A DNA stretch of 60,237 nt, counting the filler, from Sphacelaria rigidula (taxonomy: Eukaryota), in the NCBI GenBank assembly GCA_964200075.2. It is 8 parts of 8 records of this genome, joined end to end, with 100 filler letters (N's around TTAATTAATTAA, not from the genome) between each part and the next. Parts side by side here need not be neighbours in the genome. Positions count along the whole stretch, not along the records: positions 45,256 to 52,696 come from CAXNAA020014901.1; positions 52,797 to 60,237 come from CAXNAA020014902.1; 6 more parts are not named here. The stretch is one strand, 5' to 3'. The translations under genes and the position numbers were made by a program. The notes beneath the pieces were generated by a model. That model searched no databases. It saw only the letters and a program-made list of their open reading frames with translations, and was not told where the DNA came from. This document shows positions 49,601 through 60,237 of this stretch, piece after piece; the stretch's first letter is position 1; each line of letters starts with the position of its first letter.

Positions 49601-51206
49601 TCCACCTTTCAATACCATCCTTACTGCTATCACGCTCTCTCACCGCATCCTTCTTACTTTGTTGCATACCTATCACTGAACATTCTATGATATCACTAAA
49701 GCCATCCTATAATTTCTTCGCGGCTGGGATGACGTGTGCGGTACAGTCGAAGCATCGGTGTCCTGGCTTTAAGTAACGATGACACTTGTTTCGCGTGTCG
49801 TCGTGGTTTTTTCCTACGTTTTTCGTACTGCTATTCTGGTCGTCCTTGTCTGCTGTAGTACCACCAGAAACACCCCTACCACCTTTAGCGCCATCTTGAC
49901 TGCGATTTCGGCGGATGGGCTTGCTCGTAACAAGAGCTTGCCCTACGTTACGGTTCCTCGTACCGTTTCTAGACACGAGCGCGTATCTCTGTCGTACATT
50001 AATCTCCATCTCTGCTCGGGTGATGCTGTCTCTGTACAAGATCGTACGAGATTCGTGCTCGTAGTCGCTTGTGACTACCTCAACTATCGTGAGGTTAACA
50101 TCCTCCACACTCATATGTACCCCTAGTAATACTATATAATAGTACACCCACGATCTCATTGGCGCGCGCGAAAACCCTCATCGGATCTTCCTTACTCTCC
50201 GTCTGTAACTCGTTGAAACGGCGTTTCCAGGAGAAGGTTCCCGGGAGGAAGCAATCCCATAAAGGACGTTAGCTCGCACTCGGGGAGTTTGTGAGATAAT
50301 ACCCTTCGTAGTATAATCCACGGTCCGCGATGCTCTCCATCAAACACGTCCAAGCAATACGTGCTCGTCTTATGCTTGTCTCACTTGAACCTTGGTCAAC
50401 CAAAAACTGCGAACTAACTGAGGGGTCACCTACGGGCGTGTCAGCAACTGCAGCAAAAGCCTGCATACCATCACTAGATAAAGCAAAACTCTCGAAGCGT
50501 ATTTTCCAAAACGGAAAATCAACTTTATTGCCTAGCTTGGGGACAGCAGTTTGAATCCTGCTTACTTCCATACGACTCATTGCGAAAGTGCCACCTCATG
50601 CAATCCCAACCTCACCGAGAGCTGGCAGCAGGCCATCGGTGGTGACTCCACCTCAACGACCGGAAGCAGACCCTGCCCCGCTTCCTACCCACAGCACCGT
50701 CAAGATACGATGGTTGATCTCCACCAACGGATCCCTCTAATCGTCCGCCTGTGCTTTCCTGAGCAGCCTCGATTCGTGACAGCCTTTCTGCTATGGCCCT
50801 TGTCTGGGTCTGAAGCCGCGCCCTCAGTGCTTCGACTGCACAGTCTTGATCCGCCATCTCAGAACAACGATCCAAGTTCGAACTATTACGGTAGCGTATT
50901 CGAATGATCGTGTTATGTGCCCAGATAGATTACTGCCCTCTTGCAGTAAGTCAGAAGAAGATGAGATGTGCTGTAAGTCTTTGTTATTACTATCCACACG
51001 TGGGAAACTGAGTGAACAGAGATGAGGGAGACGAGTGAGAGGGTAGGGCGTAGAGTAAGTACTAGCTGGGCTCGACTGCAGCGGCTGCAATATTTTGTGT
51101 TGCCTCAATCACGAGGAACCTTTTCAACGACATTCCTACAATACTCGAATACCCCGCAATTTCCTCGCTCATGCCTCTCGCTTCTTTTCGTAGATCACAT
51201 ATTAAA

Positions 51207-51338
51207 CAGGTTGCTCTAAGATATATAGAAAAGCTGTATGAATGGGGTCTTTTTTTTTTTTCCGCCAGGTATCGGGGGTCCCAGGAGGCGGTGTCAGATC
51301 CCGTTCATATAGCCTTTCTGAATACCTTAGAGCACCTG
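51207..51338. mobile_element. Small MITE
   Basis: caggttgctctaagatatatagaaaagctgtatgaatggg ... ccgttcatatagcctttctgaataccttagagcacctg form an inverted pair. Confidence 0.65.
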
Positions 51339-52153
51339 TGTGCAAAAGTTCAGGGTCTAGCTCGAAAAAACGGCGTGGGCTTCTGCCCGTATGTGCGTTG
51401 AAGTATACAAATGTATGCGGAATCTCCCTAGTTGTAAAAAGGTGATGCCTTGACAAACACCCGTGGGAATTTGTCCCATTTATGTGGAGTGATGAACGAA
51501 AACGACACTGCTAGCAGCAGCAACAACAACAACAACAACTTCATGCTAAAGACGGATGTAGTACGTCATACTCCAAGGTATGCGTAAATCATGCGCAATC
51601 GAAATATCTCATCATCAATCAGCTGAACTCAGCATAGCAATACTAGTGCGTGAGTTCTCGAGGCTACAAGTGCATGCAATCAGGACACATGACGGCAACA
51701 TAGGTGACGAAAGTGTAGGGGACGCTCTGTCGGCTCAATTTGTTTTTTGTCAACGTGTACACCGCATTAGGATGAGACTGTCTGAAAAGTCTCTTCTTAA
51801 TTTTGACGCACGACACATACATGCGGCATTCGAAACACTGAGAAAGTACTTCGAGCTCTCCAGAGTGTCAAGTTCACGAGACACACCCGTCGACAAAAGC
51901 TCAAGTTACGCTGACAAAAAAAACGCATTTCCGGAACTCTCTAACATTACCGTATTTCACCCAACTTCTTCAAAACTGCTTTCGCAAGTCAGAACCTAGA
52001 TGACAGACATGCAAGATGAATGGCTGATGAATGATAGACACAAGGTGGGAGGAAGTAGTTCTTACACCACGTGTGTGCCGAGACCAAAAAAAGAACTTGA
52101 CCATTGTATTATTTAATTATTGAATATGCATTGTTGGCCATGACGATGTGCAG

Positions 52154-52321
52154 GTGGATAAGCTGGAAAACGTGGAGGACCCGCGGACGTATGCTGAGGA
52201 GCTGCAACGCATAGTGACGCTGTACATCGTCGAAGATGCCCCATCGCAGGTGAACCTGAGCTGGCTCACACGAGAAGCAACGGAAGAGGTGGCGAGGGGC
52301 GTCATCGACTCGGTGCAGCAG
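52154..52321 (+). CDS. Exon encoding part of an RGS (regulator of G-protein signalling) domain
   Basis: cag|...CAG|gt, 56 codons; ELQRIVTLYIVEDAPSQVNLSWLTRE matches the RGS motif I...YI...AP.EVNL....R. Confidence 0.8.
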
Positions 52322-52696
52322 GTATACGCAGTGTTCAGTGAAAAATGCGCACGGCGGCCTGATACCGTTTTCTGTGAGAGCGGACAGGGCGTGGTTCGTG
52401 GAAGGCATCAGTGAGTTGGTTCCATGGGATAGCGATGAACGTGACGGGCCAGTTCGGCTGTGGTTTGGTTGTTTTTCTCCCAGCATGTTTGTTTCTGTGG
52501 CGACATGCATCATGATATCATTACTACATTTTCATCGCCCGTGATTCATTCGGCATGAGCCATGCGTACACCTTTCGAGTCATCGTACGGTAGGCGCGTG
52601 GGCAGGGGAGGGGGGGGGGGGGGAGTTTACTCAGGATTTTGCATGCCGTAGCCATACGACCATTGACCTTGCATAGATGGGGAAAGCCCGCGGGTG

Positions 52697-52796
52697 NNNN
52701 NNNNNNNNNNNNNNNNNNNNNNNNNNNNNNNNNNNNNNNNTTAATTAATTAANNNNNNNNNNNNNNNNNNNNNNNNNNNNNNNNNNNNNNNNNNNN
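52697..52796. other. Artificial contig linker
   Basis: 44 N + TTAATTAATTAA + 44 N. Confidence 0.98.
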
Positions 52797-53288
52797 ATGC
52801 CACTTCAGCCCCATATTTTGTTTGAACCCCAAAATATAAAATCGGCTGTTTGATGTTGCTCAATACCGATGGACTTGACTGTTGAACCAAATTGAAGCAC
52901 TTTCCGTACATTTCACCATATAAATACGGAGTTTTTTTGAGATTTTTCGCGACTTGAAAATTTGTGTGTTACAGTGGATAACTGGTGATGAGCGACTGTA
53001 CTGTGTTGTACTGCACTGTACTACTGCTGGATTTCGCATTGCACAAACATTTGCACCAATGCTTGCGTACTTCCGTCAGTCGTCCGGCATTTGCTTGCTC
53101 CCAACGTGATTATTTGTTGTTCAACCCCACTGCTTCAAGTTTAAGATCTAGGCGTTGACGCTGGACGGAGTAACGTCGGACTCGTTCACATCTGACGCCG
53201 CTGTCGCCACATGCTTTGGTTTTTTCATAGTGATGCGTGGGGTGCATGTTGCATGACAGCGGTGCCATATGTATATGCATTCAACAGG

Positions 53289-53755
53289 ATGGTTCGATAC
53301 TCACCACCACCTAGGTAGGAAGATGCCAGTTCAGTGGGCACCGGGGGCTAGCGGGCCCAAACACAATCATTAGTATCGAAGCCATTGAGCTCGACGTTAC
53401 CAGGGTAGAGGCAGTCATGTTCGCAGCGTTGCGCTGCATACTCGATGAGCTGCTCAGACGCCAGAGCAACATAGTTGCATGGAGGACAAGCTTACATTGC
53501 GTGAAGACCAAAGACTCCTCTGAGATAGCAGACCGTGATGGCGTAGATGCTCTTGTATTAATGGCGTACAGGCTAACTTGTGCTTTGCTAGTTGAGATGC
53601 ATAGTTCAAAACGCTATGACACGTGAGGGCACACGGGGGGGCACACGGCCATATTCTAGCGCACAATGTAGTATGCCCCATCAGATACCAAGCATGCCAA
53701 AGTATGACACATGGATCCTAGTCGACTGGAGAATGACCAATAAATCTGTAACATC
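53289..53755 (+). repeat. Left arm of a ~470-bp inverted duplication
   Basis: High-identity reverse complement of 59548-60017. Confidence 0.9.
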
Positions 53756-54689
53756 CCCCTAGCCGTATTTATATGGCTAAACACAAATTCATTGGAGGGC
53801 TGGAAGGGCCAGAACAAAAACAAAGCCTGGGCATCATACGCCTGAAAGTCAAACGAGAAAAACCTGCTGAATAACAGTACAGGGGAAAACTCGTTGCAGA
53901 TCTAATGAGTGGGTAAACCCTGATAAGCAGGGGAAAACTCCATCCGTTAGGAAAGGAAAAAAATCCATAACGCCCTTTCCAACGATAGAAACAGCAGACA
54001 TGTACGGTCGCTGTCGTTTTTCCGGGATCTCAGTTAGACTGGAGAACGATCGGCTAGTGAGCTTGATCGCGCGTCGACACCCTGGATCATTTACACTGGA
54101 TTCTGGGGTAGTGCAGGGCTTGGACCTCGCTAAAAGCAACCTTTCCACGAACTGATCAATAATAGTTACAGGAGTGCAGCTTTGGAGGGGTGCTCTTCTG
54201 TAACTACTGAGGCCTATTCTACTGGAACTAGCCCACGCGCCTTGGCTCACACATGTGCTCGTTTGTTACCAAATGGGGAGCAATCAATAACAAAGCGACA
54301 AAAGAAAAAGACAAGAACACTCGAAATTCATGACTGAAGCGTACGGTAGCAGCGATATATAGTTACTCATTCCCTTATTTCATCACCCATTTCTCTCGAA
54401 ATAATATCATATACCACATCACACAACAGCTATTCGTAAACGTCCTTGGCTCCAATCTCTCTTTGGTTCCTCCGTTCCAGCCTTGGGCGCTCCAGTTAGA
54501 TAGCTCTTTCCAGTCTCCATCTTCGTATCGTACTCGCCGAAAGGAATTCCCATAATCATACACGTGGTGCTCCAGCTCGGCACTGCTATAGCCTTTCCAG
54601 GAGGTAGAACCTATGGGCAAAAGCTTCAAGGCATCACTACATGTGAAAGCGGGGTGCTTCGAGTGCGATGGCGGGGTCGAAGAAACTGG

Positions 54690-55189
54690 GGGGTGATGCA
54701 GGTGCAAAAGGCTCATGACGCAGTATTGAGCAATGAATTGTGGGAAAATATATGAGGAAGTGGGATCAAAGGAAAGGTGTGGACGATGAAGACGACAGAA
54801 ATGTGCCAAAAGTGCGATGATGCTAGATAGGGAAATATCGAAATATTTCGATATTTCGCAAGGAGTCGCACCAGGATGTACGTTATGACCCTCTCTACTC
54901 GAGGTATTCTTTGATGACCTGATACTAGCATTAGATATTGCAAAGCAAGGGGTAAAGTTGCTGAAGGGGTTGGGAACAGTGCAGCTGGAAGCAGCTAAAG
55001 GAATACTTTGACGCGGAAACGGTGCAAGTGGCAGCAGGTAAAAGGATACTTGGATGAAATACAAATAGTGAAGAAAATGAAACCAGTACAGATAGCAACA
55101 GCTCAGAAAATACTTGGATGCAGTGAAGTTGGTGAGGGAGTTGGAAACAGTACAGATGACAGCAGCTAGGGAAATTATTTGGATGCTCG
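54690..55189 (+). mobile_element. LINE RT fragments (family of 1-3760)
   Basis: VQKAHDAV...GIKGKVW and SKYFDISQGVAPGCTL match the RT region at ~1560-1770. Confidence 0.8.
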
Positions 55190-55212
55190 AAACAAATGAG
55201 TACGCCCCCCCC
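55190..55212 (+). mobile_element. Poly(C)-tailed micro-retroposon, extremely truncated
   Basis: aaacaaatgagtacg followed by a C-run. Confidence 0.65.
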
Positions 55213-55329
55213 CTCCCCCCTCTAAGTCTTCCCCTTTCCCCCACCCGTCAGTGCCTGAAGTAACGTGGAGTTCTCGACAATCTAGCACTGTCACAAATTC
55301 AGGCAATGCAGTCCAACACGGGGAAAAAT

Positions 55330-56290
55330 TCAGGGGTTAGGTCGAATGTGGGTGTAGCGCTCCAGTTTGGTCCCCCCAATGTGGGACGCAAACACTTCGG
55401 GAATGGAGTGTTTCAGATGAGTTGGGCGGATATGGAAGGACTTTATTATTGTTGAGACAGCTGTGGTACGTGTGTAATGTTTGCGGTCAGTCCAGAGCTC
55501 GAAGGGAAACGTGTCAGACGGTAGCATGGCGTCGGGTCGTCGGGTAGGGTGAAATTGCCCAAGAGTATGCATGGAAAATTCTCTTTCTGAGGCCAAGGTT
55601 TGTACAATTCTGTAATCATTGCAGCAGCCGTCCCCCTAGGTTCTCAAATCCTGTAAAACTGTAGACATAGTCATGGAGAAAATGAAAATAACATTAGACA
55701 AGGCATGCTGAAATAAAAGTATGATAATGAGGTACGTTGTACTAAAGATACGGAGACAAAGCACAGAAATGACAAGCAACATGACCTCACACGCATGATG
55801 AGTTGTACATTGATGGTCATTGGGCAAGTCTCTAGTTCGTATGCCATATCCTAGCTGAGCCACCATGAGACGACCAGATTGTGGTAGTGAAGTCTGACAG
55901 CAAAAGGAGAGCGCGCGTTTACGTACATCGTGTAGCAATACTGTTGGCTTTCCTACTTACTTAGAATATCGGTCAGCGGGGCGACTAGAATGCTACGCTC
56001 CTGGACAAACTGTCCAAGGTACTCGGGGGGTTCAGAAACGAACGTAGTTTTTCGACTGTATGGACGTGACGTCTGAGCAATTGCGTTGCATTTGGAGGGG
56101 GCTGGTTGTATGCCGGTATTATTGATCAACGGGCTAAAGCACTTGTGAGACCCTGCAGTAAAGTTGCATTTGGCGAATTTGGCGAGTTTTCCCAGACATA
56201 TGATCGTGTAGTTGACAAACACTGCTGGGGAAAGTTGGGTGAGCAACACCTCGGTCAAGAAGCTTGTGCATTTCTTTTTCGATCATGCGG
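55330..56290 (-). mobile_element. Ty3/gypsy RT/RNase H relic
   Basis: YLGQFVQERSILVAPLTDILSK and FPFELWTDRK resemble gypsy RT connection and RNase H motifs. Confidence 0.55.
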
Positions 56291-56609
56291 CGTTCTTATG
56301 GTGGAAGGCCGCGTTGTTTTGTGGAAAAGGGTGAGCACGCGAGACAGCAACCAGCAAAAAATATGGAACTCGTGCTTCGCCCCCCCCAAGGGGGTTCAGC
56401 GACCACATCAGCGGAATGAGTGTCTGGAAACCATATGTAGGGTCTGTAAGAATTGTCACAGACACGGTATGTTGTCGCGCTGTCAACTTGCATGGTACGC
56501 TGGGCATGAAGGGCAAAAAGATAAAGCAGGGAAACTAAGTCTGCGTACTGCATAAGTAATGACAAACATTGCACGGAAATATGTGTGGTTGCATGGTATC
56601 GAAAGCCAA

Positions 56610-56859
56610 GAGTCATCCTACGATAGGGGGGGGGGTATTTGGTTGCACGAAAAAAAAGGGTGATAAGTGTGTCAGATGACCTGCAACACTCGCGATGTAC
56701 CTGTATTGGGTTCAAAACGGTGTCGATCGGTATGAATGAGCGTTATGTATCTGTAACAAGCTCGTTCGAGCAACCATTGCTGATTTCAGCGGCGATTTGT
56801 CTTGGAACTTCGTGCAAGAAGTGGCCCAAAATACCCCCCCCCCTATCGTAGGATTACTC
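56610..56859. mobile_element. MITE with GAG...CTC termini (Sola-like), uninterrupted copy
   Basis: gagtcatcctacgataggggggggg ... ccccccccctatcgtaggattactc; flanks ccaa/ccga; internally similar to 46328-46663. Confidence 0.8.
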
Positions 56860-58199
56860 CCGAGTTTAAAGCAACTGAACAGAGTAGTATCCAACTACGG
56901 TATCAGAAAGGGACAAGGTAATATTCAACTACGGTACAGGGTGCGTCAAGAAGTCAACCTGTTGAGTAGCAAACCATACAATCGATCATCAGAGTGGGAT
57001 AATAAGAAATGGAGATCATGTTTGGTGACACCAAGGCAATAACCCTGCCACCAGAATCCTATAAAAAGGTACACGGGATTAGCTACACCAAACCAGATTG
57101 TTGACACTCCACGCCGGAACATACCGTCATGAGCAAACCGTTCAGTGTTTCCTGTGTGTCCTCCCCAAAGCAATCACGTTCGGCGCCGATCGGGATGTGA
57201 CACACCCAAGGCAAGAGTGTAGGTGAAACAAGGGAGGAAGGAATAGAGGGCACGGTTAGTATGCGTCGAAAGTCTTGGAGTCCTTGAAAATATGGCCCGG
57301 TGACATACCACGTGACGCATATCGAAATGTCGTGTGCCGGGCGATAAATTCGGCGTTTCGGCCTTGCGAACCAGAGAGATGAAAGGATTACAAGCGGAAT
57401 CCTGCCCAAGCACGATGAGTACAGGCAGCGCAACAGACAAGTATCTGCGGATATCCTACACCCGCACGATCAAAGAAAAACATCACGATCGCTAAACACA
57501 ATACAAAATTACCAGAACATGGAATGAAAAATAGTGCAGCTCTACAGAGCAGGATGACGGCGGCGCAAATGATAAGACAATCAAAAGAAAATACAAAATT
57601 TCCAGAACATGAAATGAAAAATAGTGCAGCTCGAAAGAGCAAGACGACGGCGCCGCAAAATTATACAGCACTCAAATTACAATCGAGGGGCTCAAAAGAA
57701 AGTTATGGTAGACACGACACCCGGAGATGCAGACAATATGAGTATGTAAGATGAAAGAAAAGCAAACAGGACCGGAAAAATTGGAAGCTTTACCGCGCGT
57801 GCATTTCACAACTCCCCATGGCTACAATAAAAGTGCAAAATACATATTGATCACGGTGGGTTGATTGTCCCAATTCAATATGCAACAAAAATACCGAAAT
57901 AATATGGAGAATGTCTGGAACACGATCATGCTGGTTAGGTACAGCGGTGATGTTATGGGTGAACAGGTGTAGGTCAGGCGAAGGTGATACAATGCACGCG
58001 ACAATGACAAGACAAAAACTGTGCGATCAGATCGAAGCGAGATTAAAAAAGAACATGAGGGCGGAAAACACGCGTGCACATGACAACATGCGATGCGATA
58101 GCAAGCGAGAAAAGTACAGCCGACAGTGGGCGGTAGAGTAAAAACAACACAACAAGCGGGACAACAACAGCAAACCAGGGTACCAGAAAGCACGGTGGA

Positions 58200-58252
<53 letters not shown>

Positions 58253-58760
58253 CAACAAACACAACAGCAACAGTTGTAATAGACAACAGCAAAAACAGAC
58301 AACAGGCAAACAGACAACAACAGCAACAACAACAACAACAACAACAACAACGGCAACACAGAGCAACAACAACCAACAACACACAGCAGCTGCGCGGCAG
58401 CGACGAACCACAGCACAGAAAAACAGCACAGCCGTGCGGCGAGCAGGAGCAGCACACAGCGACGGCACGGCAGCGACGAACCACAGCACAGAAAAACAGC
58501 ACAGCCGTGCGGCGAGCAGCAGCAACACACAGCGGCGGCACGGCAGCGACGAACAACAGCACGGAAAAACAGCACAGCCGTGCGGCGAGTAGCAGCAACA
58601 CACAGCGGCGGCACGGCAGCAAAAAACAACAGCAGCACACAACAACAGCACAGCCGTGCGGCGAGCAGCAGCAACACACAGTGGCGGCACGGCAGCGACG
58701 AACAGCAGCACACAACAGCGAAAACCACAACAACAGACAACAATAACAACGCTGCTGCAC
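58200..58760. repeat. CAG/CAA microsatellites followed by a ~72-bp minisatellite (about 5 copies)
   Basis: Unit approximately cagcacagccgtgcggcgagcagcagcaacacacagcggcggcacggcagcgacgaaccacagcacagaaaaa. Confidence 0.9.
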
Positions 58761-59547
58761 AGCTTCCGCAGCTGTTTGGAGCCTGATGTCCTGAAATGCC
58801 CCGACGTAGTTGCAGGCCCTCTGGTTCGTTGAACTCGCCAAATTCTCGTTCGACCATATTGCCTTTCATTAAATTATATCGGCTAGGGCATTTCGCTTTG
58901 AACGTCTGGTTACCTCCGTCATGTCGTAGGACGCGAGCCTGTTGAGATACTGGTTGTAATCACCCGATGATTTGTTTGTGCATGAGTACACGGTATAATT
59001 ATGCAGTGGGCGGAAAGACGAAGCATAGAGCACCCACGGGGCAAAACCAGGGAGGAACAGAGGGTACCACGGGACAAGACCAAAGTACATAGCCCATGTT
59101 CAACTTCTTATGCTCAACGTACGTATGGTAAGTAGACGACATAGCGAAAGAGTGCGAAGAGCCGAGGCAGCGTACCCTCGTAGTACGCTCACTGTACATG
59201 CTCTTCAAACATCCCAGTGACACTGAGTCGTGAACTCCAAAAGTACTCTCTACTACGTGCTAAATGATGTTGCAGGTAAGATACGCTGTGGAAACTACAA
59301 TTTGTGAACAGGCCCACTGTTTACTCTATATAAAAGAAGTGACACGACAAAATGAGACCTCAAACCTCCCCACGAAAAACATTTTACGGAGGCCTATGCT
59401 ACTTCTTTGAGGATCATGCCGGAGTTGACTCTACACAAGCAAGAGTTTGACACCATGTCGGTAGTAATGATTGTGTTTAGGCCCGCTAGCCCCCGGTTCC
59501 CACTGAACTGGCATCTTCCTACCTAGGTGGTGAGTATCGAACCATGA

Positions 59548-60017
59548 GATGTAACAGATTTAGTGGCCATTCTCCAGTCGACTAGGATCCATGTGTCATA
59601 CTTTGGCATGCTTGGTATCTGATGGGTCATACTACATTGTGCGCTAGAATATGGTCGTGTGCCCCCCCGTGTGCCCTCACGTGTCACAGCGTTTTGGACT
59701 ATGCATCTCAAGTAGCAAAGCACAAGTTAGCCTGTACGCCATTAATACAAGAGCATCTACGCCATCACGGTCTGCTATCTCAGAGGAATCTTTGGTCTTT
59801 TCACAAAATGTAAGCCTTTCCTCCATGCAACATATGTTGCTCTGGCGTCTGAGCGGCTCATCGAGTATGTAGCGCGACGCTGCGAACATGACTGACTCTA
59901 CCCTGGTAACGTCGAGCTCAATGGCTTCGATACTAATGATTGCGTTTGGGCCCGCTAGCCCCCGGTGCCCACTGAACTGGCATCTTCCTACCTAGGTGGT
60001 GGTGAGTATCGAACCAT
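59548..60017 (-). repeat. Right arm of the ~470-bp inverted duplication
   Basis: Reverse complement of 53289-53755. Confidence 0.9.
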
Positions 60018-60177
60018 GACATGGTGTCCAACCCTTGCTTGTGTAGAGTCAACACTGGCATGCTCCGACCACAAACTTTCAGAGGGGAGGGTTTTCTGGC
60101 GTGTGGGTCGGATAATGTAAAATGTGACTTTTTTATATAGAGTAAACAGTTGGCCTGTTCACAAATCGTAGTTTCCA

Positions 60178-60237
60178 CAAAAAAAATAAAGCTCCTGTGT
60201 TGACCTTCCTCCTGTGTGACCCCGGCTGATGCACCCA
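60178..60237 (+). mobile_element. Internal fragment of the tRNA-derived SINE
   Basis: aaagctcctgtgttgaccttcctcctgtgtgaccc matches 20370-20404. Confidence 0.8.

Larger units (their letters stand above)
45836..51208 (-). mobile_element. Degenerate Ty1/copia LTR retrotransposon
   Basis: Domains in copia order on the minus strand: gag DFPFWKIRF (50269-50580), decayed zinc knuckle CHRYLKPGHRCFDC, protease WIADSGATFHI (~49575-49607), integrase VLVDLSGP and NGVAGR...LWAEAM, RT AKWVYKW...HLDVGQAFIQ...ALYGLKQSGRVW and FHVDDI, RNase H KHIDVRYHF. Candidate 5' LTR at ~50911-51208 is unverified because no second LTR is visible. Confidence 0.93.

Noticed and set aside
6111-52321. GUF1, sulfotransferase, VPS13-like and RGS exons as a gene cluster
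   Set aside because: Each lies on a different artificially joined contig.
54375-55244. 289-aa minus-strand ORF
   Set aside because: Chimeric read-through: mostly antisense of LINE RT fragments joined to a short VRYEDGDW segment of another relic.
57822-58869. Long Cys-, Leu- and Gln-rich ORFs in several frames
   Set aside because: Open in most frames on both strands because the CAG/CAA and 72-bp repeats lack stop codons; no splice or domain evidence.

Overview
Eukaryotic, intron-rich, repeat-dense DNA. A brown alga or other stramenopile is my inference from repeat and gene style only. The window is not one locus. It is eight contigs of 7443, 7443, 7443, 7442, 7442, 7442, 7441 and 7441 bp joined by identical 100-bp linkers (44 N + TTAATTAATTAA + 44 N), which suggests size-sorted unplaced contigs. 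Host genes appear only as isolated exons: GUF1/LepA (2), a heparan-sulfate-type sulfotransferase (2), a VPS13-like gene with a PDZ-like segment (2) and an RGS domain (1). The rest is decayed LINE, Ty1/copia and Ty3/gypsy sequence, a tRNA-derived SINE family, many MITEs (hAT, Tc1/mariner, piggyBac, Sola-like, foldback) and minisatellites. The most unusual signal is a 66-nt structured micro-retroposon ending in poly(C) rather than poly(A). It has eight copies in six of the eight contigs, target-site duplications, one-sided truncation and a GNRA hairpin with compensatory changes. Also notable are a ~480-nt structured non-coding element with terminal redundancy and a ~950-bp region of alternating palindromes.
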